Program-made: the position numbers and the translations under genes | The notes under the pieces: generated by a model | The model's database searches: none | Told to the model about the DNA's origin: nothing | Seen by the model: only the letters and a program-made list of their open reading frames with translations | Assembly (NCBI GenBank): GCA_016840405.1 | Contig: JAEOSK010000015.1 | Span: 1 to 61,831, forward strand | DNA: 61,831 bases | Reading direction: 5' to 3' | From: Candidatus Hermodarchaeum yapensis | GTDB lineage: Archaea > Asgardarchaeota > Hermodarchaeia > Hermodarchaeales > Hermodarchaeaceae | In this document: positions 27,488 to 36,187 of the stretch, in pieces | How positions within the stretch are numbered: the first letter of the stretch is position 1 | Layout: every line of letters starts with the position of its first letter

Positions 27488-28901
27488 AAATTGGCCACAT
27501 TGAAATATTCTTAGGCAACGACAGCTGGCTGAATGGTTTTTCTTCACTGACCTTCTGGATGATTTTTATTAGATCATTGGGGTTCATTGATTTAGTCCTG
27601 GCTTTCTTCTTCGTTGACTGTTCCCGAATTGTAACTGGAAAAGTGTCCGACTCGAGTTCTTTATCTCCAATAACGACTACAAACGGAATCCATTGCTTCC
27701 CAGCGTTTCGGACCTTCCAGCCCACCGTTTTTCCACGATCATCCACTATCGCCCGTACATTATTCGCCCGAAGTTCGTCGGCAATTTTGGTGGCATGTTT
27801 CACATGTCGATCAGCGACTGGAATTACGATTGTTTGTACTGGTGATAGCCAGATTGGCAGCATAGGAAGTTGTCCCTGTAGTCCACGTTTTGCAGCACTT
27901 TCTAATAGACCGTAGATAAGCCGTTCTAAACTGCTTATACTCGTGTGCACAATGATGCAGCCCACTTCTTCTCCAGCTTCATTTACGTAAGTAATGCCGT
28001 ATCGTTCAGCGTCGCTCACATCTAACTGCACAGTACTGAGTTGTCCAGAACCTTCAACCGCATCTACGAATTGAAACTCGTTTTTCACATTCCAATAGTG
28101 ACTCATCTCAGGAAGCAATTCAATGAGAATAGGTTTCTTGAGATCCTTGGCTAACCCAACAAGGAGGTCCTTCGTCTGTTCATAATACTCTTCGACAACA
28201 CGGAATACGAGCAGATACTGAATACCAAGTCCTTCGATAAGACGGTCATAGTGTTTGGTAATCCTGGCGAATTCTTCTTTCCCCTGTTCATAGTCAGCAC
28301 AGAAGCAATGAATATCTGGCATCGTGAATGCCCGAAGTCGTCGGAGACCCACAGTTTCTCCGCGTTTTTCTAATCGAAAAGAGGGAGATAATTCGAAGAC
28401 ACGAACAGGTAATTGGCGTTTGGACATCTGAGCATTTTTCATTGTAGAAAAGAGTCCGAAGTCACCAGCAAACCGGAGGATGAGTTCCTTATCTTTGCTC
28501 AGTTTGATTCGATAGTCCTTTTCAAGGAATTTTGCTGCTTGCTCTGCAATGTCTTTTTGACTTAACCGATACATAAGGGGCGTCTCAATACGCATTGCCC
28601 CGATTAAATCGACAGCGATTGATGTTACATAGTCTTCAAGCAATTCTTTCACTAACGCACCCTTAGGATAAAACCGGAAATGCCCGACATCAGACGCGGG
28701 TTCATAGTCGATTAACTCCAGTTGTCGCATAATTTGAATATGAGGTGGCTCACCCTTGGCGGCACGTCCTAGCTCTTCTGTCTCGATGAAGGTGCGAAAA
28801 TCCCCCTTGATAGCAGCATGGCTATCCAAATCATCCAAGTCAAGCGGCTTTACAACACCTTTTGAGTCGATAATCAAATACTTAGGCAAGGGCAGTGCCA
28901 A
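27480..28901 (-). CDS. thrS: Threonyl-tRNA synthetase (archaeal type, catalytic + anticodon domains only)
   Basis: DYEPASDVGHFRFYPKG, SFRLEKRGE.VGLRRLRAFTMPDIH, QLSTVQLD, ERLIY, LPIWLSPVQ, WIPFVVVIGDKE. Confidence 0.93.
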   Translation of the reverse strand: MALPLPKYLIIDSKGVVKPLDLDDLDSHAAIKGDFRTFIETEELGRAAKGEPPHIQIMRQLELIDYEPASDVGHFRFYPKGALVKELLEDYVTSIAVDLIGAMRIETPLMYRLSQKDIAEQAAKFLEKDYRIKLSKDKELILRFAGDFGLFSTMKNAQMSKRQLPVRVFELSPSFRLEKRGETVGLRRLRAFTMPDIHCFCADYEQGKEEFARITKHYDRLIEGLGIQYLLVFRVVEEYYEQTKDLLVGLAKDLKKPILIELLPEMSHYWNVKNEFQFVDAVEGSGQLSTVQLDVSDAERYGITYVNEAGEEVGCIIVHTSISSLERLIYGLLESAAKRGLQGQLPMLPIWLSPVQTIVIPVADRHVKHATKIADELRANNVRAIVDDRGKTVGWKVRNAGKQWIPFVVVIGDKELESDTFPVTIREQSTKKKARTKSMNPNDLIKIIQKVSEEKPFSQLSLPKNISMWPIFI

Positions 28902-29018
28902 CCTTCTAAATACATCTTAGTACTCTGCCAAACCTCGTTTCAATAGGAATAAAAGGTTTCTAGGTTATCGAAAATCGTGAATTATAACTATTTTCATTTA
29001 ATTCTGTCACCGATTTCA

Positions 29019-30206
29019 TCAAACGGTCACCGAATATGGGTGTAACCCCACACCCTTTATCCCGTCCACCACGAAAGCTTCCGGGACTGCTTTACGCCCA
29101 ATATTATAAGCTCCATTCACATCTGCATTGATGTGGACTCCCTGCGGTGAGCGGAACAATCCACGTACCAGTCGCTTGCCCATATAGGTCTGGTGATGTT
29201 TAATCGGTTCTGTGTCGAGGAAGCTCACGTTCGATGTATGGCTCTCATCCACTACCGTCACCTCTATCCCTACCAAAGCAGCCTTGTATTGAATTTGTTT
29301 TACTAGCATCAAGAACGGAATACTCACGAAATTCTGGTTAGTGCGCCTACCCATCTTTAGTTGTTGTTTCCATGTTCTGTTATATCAAATCACGATTTGA
29401 TCAAAATCGAAATTCAGGCAATAATTGATGACTCGCCTTGATACCTTGTGAAAGAAATCAGTAATTTTGTTTGATCGCTTCAGCCGCAAGCACTGAAGCC
29501 ATATAGTTGGACCAACAAGACTCTGTTGATTCAGAAGGGATGTGAGCCGGGCGCGTTCCTTGTTATAGTATCGATTGATGGATTTGACAACCCCGCCTTT
29601 TACGCGCCAGGGGGGCAAACCTGCATTGTTGACCACAGTTATGAAGTTATTCAATCCTAAATCAATGCTAATGACATGACGCGAATCTAGTTTGAAATTA
29701 ACAGGTGTCTTTTCATATACGATTTCTAGGAGATAATGATTACCTCGCGGCAAGAGTCTGATCTGACGGAATCGTCCGACGATGCGAGTCTTGATAGGTG
29801 GTACTTGGGCTTTTTTTGGAAAAATCAGGAATCCGTTTCTAATACGACATTGCTGATTCGTAAATATCACAATTGATTCGCCGTTTTTAGGTTTGTATCT
29901 TGGTAACCGTGGGCGACCAAGATACTTCTCGGGATGAGCCCACCAATCTTTGATCGTGATGAAGAAAGCGTTCCAGTTCTGATCCAGTAATCGAAGCACC
30001 TGTTGAGCAGCGTGGGCAGGAAGATTCTGGTACGCTTTGGTGGTCTTAAGGAGGTTGTACAAGTCCTTATACCGTGTCCATCGTCCTTCTTTGATAAACT
30101 TCTGACGGATGTGATAATTGGCTAAGTTATAGAGATTCTTCGCTAAATGGCAGAGTCGAGAGAGCTGAGGGGAGGGTCGAAGTTGAATTCGTTCTGTAAG
30201 CTGCTT
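29019..30206 (-). pseudogene. tnpB: tnpB pseudogene copy 2 (GYN..WKQ-type clade; start codon ATG>AAG, internal TGA)
   Basis: AGGAGG RBS then AAG-QLTERIQ..LCHLAKNLYNLANY; SIDLGLNN; IVI*YNRTWKQ; VDESHTS; RGLF; INADVNGAYNI. Confidence 0.87.
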
Positions 30207-30502
30207 GGGACTTCCTCCTACAAGTTAGTCAGATCGTTGAGGACTAATCGAAGTAGTTTATTGAGTCGTGATGGATGATACATTGTGATTTTTGCCACTA
30301 AGGCAACTTCCTCTCTAGGAAATCTGTAATTACTGGGAAATGAAGGTTGTAAATTATAAGAGTAGGAGAGGTGGCGAAAAGTGGTGCTGTAGCAGTGGCC
30401 TTCTTCGAGTTACAATCTGCTTCAACTGTTATTATGTCATAATCTACTTGACACATAATGACAATCAAAATTATTTACTAGCTATAACAAACCTTGCAGT
30501 AA

Positions 30503-31705
30503 ATGGGTGTACAAATCATGTGTCCAAGTCTTATCCAAGAAAAAAGCCAGCAAGCTAATACAATTCTCGAAGAACTTGATGTGGATGCCTGGATGATATG
30601 GGTTCGCGAAACCAAACAGATGGCGGATCCAGTACTCTCTCTTGTTTTAGAAGGCGATTTAGTGTGGCAATCTGCTTTAATCTATACGAAAAGGGGAGAT
30701 CGCATCGCCATTGTAGGTAACCTTGATGCATCAGGCGTTGAACCCTTGAACGTGTTTGATGAAGTTATCCCTTACACGGAAAGCATTCGGGATGTCTTGA
30801 GAAATACACTTGACCGACTGAAGCCCCAGCAAATCGGATTAAACTTTAGTCGTGATGATGTTTCATCTGATGGTTTATCATATGGTATGTATAACCTGCT
30901 CAATGAATACCTCGAAGGAACCACATATCCAGAACGTTTTGTAAGCGCAGAACCCATAATCACTCGACTAAGAGGAAGGAAGACCTCAGAAGAGTTAAAA
31001 CGGATTACAAAAGCCGTGGAAATCACAGAAAAAATCTACAAAGAAGCAAGCCAATTTGTGGACGTAAACCAAACAGAACTGGATATCTACCACTTCTTTC
31101 ATCAACGAATGAAGGAACATGGAGTCTCATTTGCTTGGGGAGTAGCCCATAACCCAGCGGTAGATGCGGGTCCGAACAAACAATTTGGCCATGCGGGGCC
31201 AACTAAGAATAAAACAAAGGCGGGACATCTACTCCATTTCGATTTTGGCATCCGATATCAGGACTACTGTTCTGATCTTCAACGAATGTTTTTCTTCGGG
31301 TCACCGTCAGATATCCCCGAAGAAGTCCAACACGCTTTTGAAACCGTGCGCGATGCAATCCAAAAAGCAGCAGAATTTGTTAAGCCCGGTGTTAAAGGAT
31401 ACGAAGTTGATGAAATCACGCGAACCTTCGTTCAACAACGAGGTTACGAAGAGTACAAACATGCCCTTGGTCACCAAGTCGGACAAGAAGCCCATGACGG
31501 GGGTACGTTGTTGGGTCCTCTTTGGGACAGATATGGATCAAGTCCTAAAGGTATTGTTGAGGAAGGAAACGTGTTCACGCTTGAACTCTATGTGACCACG
31601 AAGAATTTTGGTCAGGTTAGCCTTGAGGAGGATATTGTTGTCACGAAGAATGGTTGCCGATTTCTGTCAACTCCTCAAGAAGAGCTGGTCTGTATCTCCA
31701 AGTAA
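30503..31705 (+). CDS. Xaa-Pro aminopeptidase / M24 peptidase (intact metal site)
   Basis: HFDFG, YCSDLQR, HALGHQVG, HDGG, FTLE, LEEDI: all five metal ligands present. Confidence 0.9.
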   Translation: MGVQIMCPSLIQEKSQQANTILEELDVDAWMIWVRETKQMADPVLSLVLEGDLVWQSALIYTKRGDRIAIVGNLDASGVEPLNVFDEVIPYTESIRDVLRNTLDRLKPQQIGLNFSRDDVSSDGLSYGMYNLLNEYLEGTTYPERFVSAEPIITRLRGRKTSEELKRITKAVEITEKIYKEASQFVDVNQTELDIYHFFHQRMKEHGVSFAWGVAHNPAVDAGPNKQFGHAGPTKNKTKAGHLLHFDFGIRYQDYCSDLQRMFFFGSPSDIPEEVQHAFETVRDAIQKAAEFVKPGVKGYEVDEITRTFVQQRGYEEYKHALGHQVGQEAHDGGTLLGPLWDRYGSSPKGIVEEGNVFTLELYVTTKNFGQVSLEEDIVVTKNGCRFLSTPQEELVCISK

Positions 31706-31710
31706 AATAG

Positions 31711-31788
31711 TGGCGGGCCCGCAGGGATTTGAACCCCGGATCCCCAGATCCGCAATCTGGTGCCCTATCCAGTCTAGGCCACGGGCCC
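31711..31788 (-). tRNA. tRNA-Arg(GCG), CCA encoded
   Basis: GGGCCCG acceptor, CCAGA-TTGCGGA-TCTGG anticodon arm, GGTTCAAATCC T arm, ends GCCA. Confidence 0.96.
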
Positions 31789-31883
31789 AACTTGTGATGT
31801 CTTTTGTAGGGTGTAAAAATTGCCTTTAAAGACTTTGCTTCACAACATTACAGATACCAAAAAAGTAGTAGCCTTGATGAAGA

Positions 31884-32390
31884 TTACCGTTTACCAAGGA
31901 GAAGTATACGAATCGAATTGACATCACTGAGGAGGTTTTCCCGATGCTTGTCACTGATATCTTGGTTGATTTTATACGATTCAAACGTTCGAATCCACTT
32001 GTCAAAAATTTTTGTCAACCTTTGATCATGACCTACAAGGCGATGGGATAAATCACGACGTTTCCGTATAGCGTTCATGATATCCTCCGCACGTTGAAGG
32101 TTTTCAATTTCGCGTCGCATCGCATCGATTTCATCGAGGGCAGGGTTAGTTCCATATTGGTTCGAGTCTGCTGTGAATCGGTCAAGGATGGCTTCGACTT
32201 CGCTAGGCTGCAGAGATGCTGAACGTATCGCATCATCAGTGACCATAAGGGCCTTCTCAAGAATTGATGTAATCACAATCAATTTGTTTTGGGCGATGAC
32301 ATTGGGAGGCTGCTCCAGTGTCTTGCGACAATCGTTGAGAAGGTTTTCAATTGTCTTCTTGTGGTTCCGGAGCTCTTTTTCAAATGACAT
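31884..32390 (-). CDS. Hypothetical helical protein
   Basis: 168-aa ORF, GAGG before ATG, amphipathic helices. Confidence 0.7.
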   Translation of the reverse strand: MSFEKELRNHKKTIENLLNDCRKTLEQPPNVIAQNKLIVITSILEKALMVTDDAIRSASLQPSEVEAILDRFTADSNQYGTNPALDEIDAMRREIENLQRAEDIMNAIRKRRDLSHRLVGHDQRLTKIFDKWIRTFESYKINQDISDKHRENLLSDVNSIRILLLGKR

Positions 32391-32521
32391 TAGCCTCGAC
32401 CTTATGGAAAAGACGCCGTGCTACCCTGGGAGTCTAGAAAACAATACGAGATGAGGTGTTAAAATCTTTTCTCGTTCCAAAGGGTTTGAAAGCGTCCATT
32501 GAAATAAAATTAGTAGGGAAG

Positions 32522-33625
32522 TTAAATGAGGTCAAGGGCGATTTGATTGAGGGTGGTATAGACTCCACCTTTTTGGCACAGAATCATGTCTCCGAGATGA
32601 ACACCACCAAGGTTAGGATCAAAAAAGCCAGTTTCTATGGTAAAAACCATTCCTGGGAGTAAAGGGGTTTCATTGGAAGTTGAAACATGCGGAGGCTCAT
32701 GGGGTTGAAGTCCAACACCAGTACCCATTTGTTGACTTAAGACTTCTATATACCCTTTATCCTCTGCGATCCGCCGAATGCTGAGCGCTATGTCCCGAAC
32801 ATGTGTTTCAGGATTTAGTTGGCTTCGAGCAGCAGAAACCGCATCAAAGGTGCATTTGAAGAGGGCTTGTTGTTTCTTACTTGGTTTCCCAGTTACTATC
32901 GTGCGGGTGATTTTAGAACAATAATCATCGTTAATTGCAGAAATGGAAATTACTACCAGTTCATCAGCACCAATTTCTCTTCGACTTGCAGGAATATAGG
33001 GACAGGTTGCGCGAGTGCCTGAAGCAATGACTGTTGGATAGCCAGTGTTGGTTGCCCCTGCTCTACGTAATGTTCGTTCAACTTCGGCTGCAACCTCAAT
33101 TTCAGAAATTCCTGGTTGGATAAATTCAAGCGCTGCAAGCAGACCATTTTCTGCAGTTTGAACTGCGCCCTGGATTTTTTCAATTTCAATATCGTCTTTC
33201 ACCATCCGTAATTCGTTCATGGGCACAGTGATGTTCTTGAATCCAGCATCAGGAAAGAGGCGTTTCAAATCTTCAAAGCGTCGTGCAGAAATGAAATCTA
33301 ACTCTATGCCAATATCGACGGCTTGAAGATTATGTTGATTAATAGCATCATGGATACAACCAAAGAACGGCGAGTGTATCTCTTCCTTTTTTTGGGGAGA
33401 ATAGCTCAAAACGTTTCGAAACCACGAATTTGCCTTCGCCAATTCATATTCTTCGTGGGGAACTATTAACAAAGGTTCGTTATCTGGTGCTAGAACCGCA
33501 ACAGAACTCCCGGCAACACATGTGGGTTTATACCCTGTAAGGTACCGAATATTGAAAGGATCAAAAAGGAGAATCCCATTAATTTCTGCACGCGTCATCA
33601 TTCGATGAACTCGGTCACCACGCAT
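32522..33625 (-). CDS. M24/creatinase-fold protein lacking most metal ligands (probable pseudo-peptidase)
   Basis: NIRYLTG, LRMVKDDIEIEKI, PGISE.EVAA, YCSKITRT, MGTGVGL.PHEPP, GMVFTIETG, GVHLGD. Confidence 0.85.
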   Translation of the reverse strand: MRGDRVHRMMTRAEINGILLFDPFNIRYLTGYKPTCVAGSSVAVLAPDNEPLLIVPHEEYELAKANSWFRNVLSYSPQKKEEIHSPFFGCIHDAINQHNLQAVDIGIELDFISARRFEDLKRLFPDAGFKNITVPMNELRMVKDDIEIEKIQGAVQTAENGLLAALEFIQPGISEIEVAAEVERTLRRAGATNTGYPTVIASGTRATCPYIPASRREIGADELVVISISAINDDYCSKITRTIVTGKPSKKQQALFKCTFDAVSAARSQLNPETHVRDIALSIRRIAEDKGYIEVLSQQMGTGVGLQPHEPPHVSTSNETPLLPGMVFTIETGFFDPNLGGVHLGDMILCQKGGVYTTLNQIALDLI

Positions 33626-33694
33626 TCATGCAACACCGCGCTATCATCCTGTACAGCGGAATTAAATCTCTATCGTAAATGAATCTTAGAAGTA

Positions 33695-33850
33695 AAAAAT
33701 GCTCTAAAATCTCTGTGAACTACTCTGCCTTGGTAGACAGAGCTTCCTGCTTCGACGCTTCAGCCATTGCTGACAACTCCACAGGCACTTCCCTAGGTTC
33801 CCTCGGTGTATTGAAGGACTGAAATCCCATCAACTTGATATTTTTGCAGC
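33695..33850 (-). ncRNA. Putative omegaRNA (reRNA) scaffold + flanking guide of tnpB copy 3 (boundaries approximate)
   Basis: 3' region strongly conserved with copy 4 (CCGAGGGAACCT.GGGAAG.GCCTGTGGAGTTGTCAGC..GCTGAAGC..GAAGCAGGAA) with a covarying terminal hairpin before TTCAC. Confidence 0.6.
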
Positions 33851-35003
33851 ATTCAGATCCCGATCGAGTGACATAGAACAAGCAGGGCAGGTCCAGACGC
33901 GGTTGGTCAACGAAAGCTCATAATTGATATAGCTACAGCCATGACAGCACTTCGACGTTGGCACAAACCGTCCCACTTCAACTAAGGTGACACCATACCA
34001 CTCCGCTTTATACCGTAGCATTTGAAGAAACTGAGACCAAGCCACATCAGCAATCGACTTAGCCAGATGTCTGATACGCATCATGCTGCTGACATTGAGA
34101 CTCTCCACCATGATTGCTTGGTTCTCGCGAATCAATCGGGTTGAGAGTTTATGTTGAAAGTCCATCCGCTGGTTTACGACCCGTTCATAGCAGCAAGCTA
34201 GTCGCTGTCGCGCTTTCTCCCGGTTACAACTCCCCTTCATTTTCTTGCTCAACCTTCGATGTAGACACTGGAGACGCTTCAGTGCGTTTCGGAGATGACG
34301 CGGATTTCCCACCTTCTCACCTGTGGACAAGGTGATATAGGTCGTCAAGCCAACATCAACCCCAACGGATGTCTGACTCGAAGTTTGTAGTTTTGGAGGT
34401 GGACGTTTTCCATCGTCAACCACAATCGAGATGAAAAACTTACCTGAATGAGTCGAAATGATTGAACACGTTCTTGGTTTACCAGTGAAACGTCGATGGA
34501 AGATAGTCTTAACCATCCCAATCTTAGGAAGTTTTACACATCGGGCAAAAAAGTTGACTATAAAAAACTGAGGTACATCAAAGGAGTGCCTGTACGCCTT
34601 GCGCCGCTTAAACTTCGGATAGCCGGGCTGTTCATTGCCCTGGGCAACCCAGCGAAAGAAGTGTTGGAAGGCTAGGTGGAGCCGCTTAATCGCCTGCTGA
34701 AGAGATTGGGAGTAGGCTTCTTTGAGAAAAGGGTAGTCCTCCTTCAGATTTACGAGACGGTTATTCAGGTCAAACCAGCTTAGGGTCTTTCTCGTTGTCT
34801 CATAGGTAATCTTCATGGTTTCCAGAGCCCAGTTGTAGAAAAAGCGACAAGCGTCGACAGTTTTCCGAATCATCGCTTGTTGTGCTTGGTTCGGGTAGAG
34901 GCGATACCGGAAGGCCCTGAGCATACCCTAGATTTAACAACGAGATATTTGAAGTCCGTGATTCATCTCCACCCTGTAAGACAAGATCTTCTCGGAGAAT
35001 TAG
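33715..35003 (-). mobile_element. Solo tnpB element copy 3
   Basis: Left boundary TTTAT|CTAATTCTCCGAGAAG; right end CTCTGTC-N6-GGCAGAG-TAGTTCAC; homologous to copy 4. Confidence 0.82.
33830..34924 (-). CDS. tnpB: TnpB RNA-guided endonuclease (RuvC D-E-D intact; 1-nt deletion near C-terminus)
   Basis: MLRAFRYRLYP, GVDVG, VESL, PTSKCCHGC..WTCPAC, DRDLNAA; frameshift at AAK(N)I relative to copy 4. Confidence 0.9.
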   Translation of the reverse strand: MLRAFRYRLYPNQAQQAMIRKTVDACRFFYNWALETMKITYETTRKTLSWFDLNNRLVNLKEDYPFLKEAYSQSLQQAIKRLHLAFQHFFRWVAQGNEQPGYPKFKRRKAYRHSFDVPQFFIVNFFARCVKLPKIGMVKTIFHRRFTGKPRTCSIISTHSGKFFISIVVDDGKRPPPKLQTSSQTSVGVDVGLTTYITLSTGEKVGNPRHLRNALKRLQCLHRRLSKKMKGSCNREKARQRLACCYERVVNQRMDFQHKLSTRLIRENQAIMVESLNVSSMMRIRHLAKSIADVAWSQFLQMLRYKAEWYGVTLVEVGRFVPTSKCCHGCSYINYELSLTNRVWTCPACSMSLDRDLNAAKISS

Positions 35004-35045
35004 ATAAATAGTACTTTGGAATCATTCTCAACATCACCGATGCAG

Positions 35046-35123
35046 GGGCCCTTGGCCTAGTATGGATAGGGCGACAGGTTCCGGACCTGTAGATCCCGCG
35101 TTCAAATCGCGGAGGGCCCGCCA
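35046..35123 (+). tRNA. tRNA-Arg(CCG), CCA encoded
   Basis: GGGCCCT/AGGGCCC acceptor, ACAGG-TTCCGGA-CCTGT anticodon arm, CCGCG-TTCAAAT-CGCGG T arm. Confidence 0.96.
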
Positions 35124-35220
35124 CGATTCTTTTGGGTTCATATCGCGTGTGTAGCGTAACTAAAAGGCTTATAGCTCATTCTTTCGCAGAAACAGACCTC
35201 AAGCTTGGAGGATTAAATTA

Positions 35221-36147
35221 GTGCAAATCCAATCTCGGTGTGTAAGTTGTCTCATTTCTCGAGGATTCCAAGAAGCACAGTTATCAACTACGGATCTTGA
35301 ACTGCAATTAGCAGCGATCACTGAAGTGGTTGGAATCTTAAACAATTCCTTGACAAAGGGTGGTCGACTGGAAAATATTCCAGCTTATGTTGGAACGCTT
35401 CGGGACCAGGCAATTCAACGAATAACCGGCTGCTCCGATCCGTATGCTTCATGGAAACAGGAATCCAATGAAATCGCATTGAAGTTAGTTCCCTCCCTCG
35501 AACGCTTCGTTGAAAAGGTTAAGAACTCCAAACAGCGATTTCGACGAGCATGTTTGGCTGCGTCTCTTGGAAATGTGATTGAATATGGAGTGGCGGGTCA
35601 TGAGATTCCTTGGGACAATTTGAAGAATCTGATTTCTCAAACTGATGCTGAACTCGCTATCGATCACATTCCAACACTTTATCAGTTAGCCCAAAAGGCA
35701 AATACTGTCCTCTATCTCACAGATAATGCCGGTGAGGTCGTGTTTGATCGGCTTCTCGTTAAAGCCTTGACCGAGATGGAATCTAGGGTCATCGTTGCTG
35801 TTAAGGGTGCTCCCGTGCTGAATGATGCAATGCTTGCTGATGCGAAGGTTGCTGGTTTGATGGATATCGCTGAAGTCATAACAACAGGTGGGGGAGCCGT
35901 GGGGGTATTGCCCCAGTGGTGTTCGAAAAAGTTCTTGAAACACTTTAGAGACGTAGATTTAGTCTTAGCAAAAGGCATGGGACATCATGAAACTCTTCCT
36001 GAGTTTACGTTACCAACACCGAGTGCTCACCTGCTGCGAACCAAGTGTGAACCTGTGGCAAGTTCTTTAAATGTAGCAAAGGACCGGAACGTTGTAAATG
36101 TCTTAGTCAACCATCAAGGTCCCTTAGGCCCATTGGTGAAAAACTAG
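35221..36147 (+). CDS. ARMT1/DUF89 damage-control phosphatase
   Basis: N-terminal CxxC, DPY..K..SN, GNVIE, LTDNAGE..FD, PVLNDA, AKGMGH.E, KC. Confidence 0.9.
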   Translation: MQIQSRCVSCLISRGFQEAQLSTTDLELQLAAITEVVGILNNSLTKGGRLENIPAYVGTLRDQAIQRITGCSDPYASWKQESNEIALKLVPSLERFVEKVKNSKQRFRRACLAASLGNVIEYGVAGHEIPWDNLKNLISQTDAELAIDHIPTLYQLAQKANTVLYLTDNAGEVVFDRLLVKALTEMESRVIVAVKGAPVLNDAMLADAKVAGLMDIAEVITTGGGAVGVLPQWCSKKFLKHFRDVDLVLAKGMGHHETLPEFTLPTPSAHLLRTKCEPVASSLNVAKDRNVVNVLVNHQGPLGPLVKN

Positions 36148-36187
36148 CAGCCAGTAATTTACTTCAAATAGTTTGGGCTAAGAATGA

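Noticed and set aside
31711-35123. Integrated island bounded by the two tRNA-Arg genes
   Set aside because: Both tRNAs are complete, have different anticodons and opposite orientation; no integrase or att duplication
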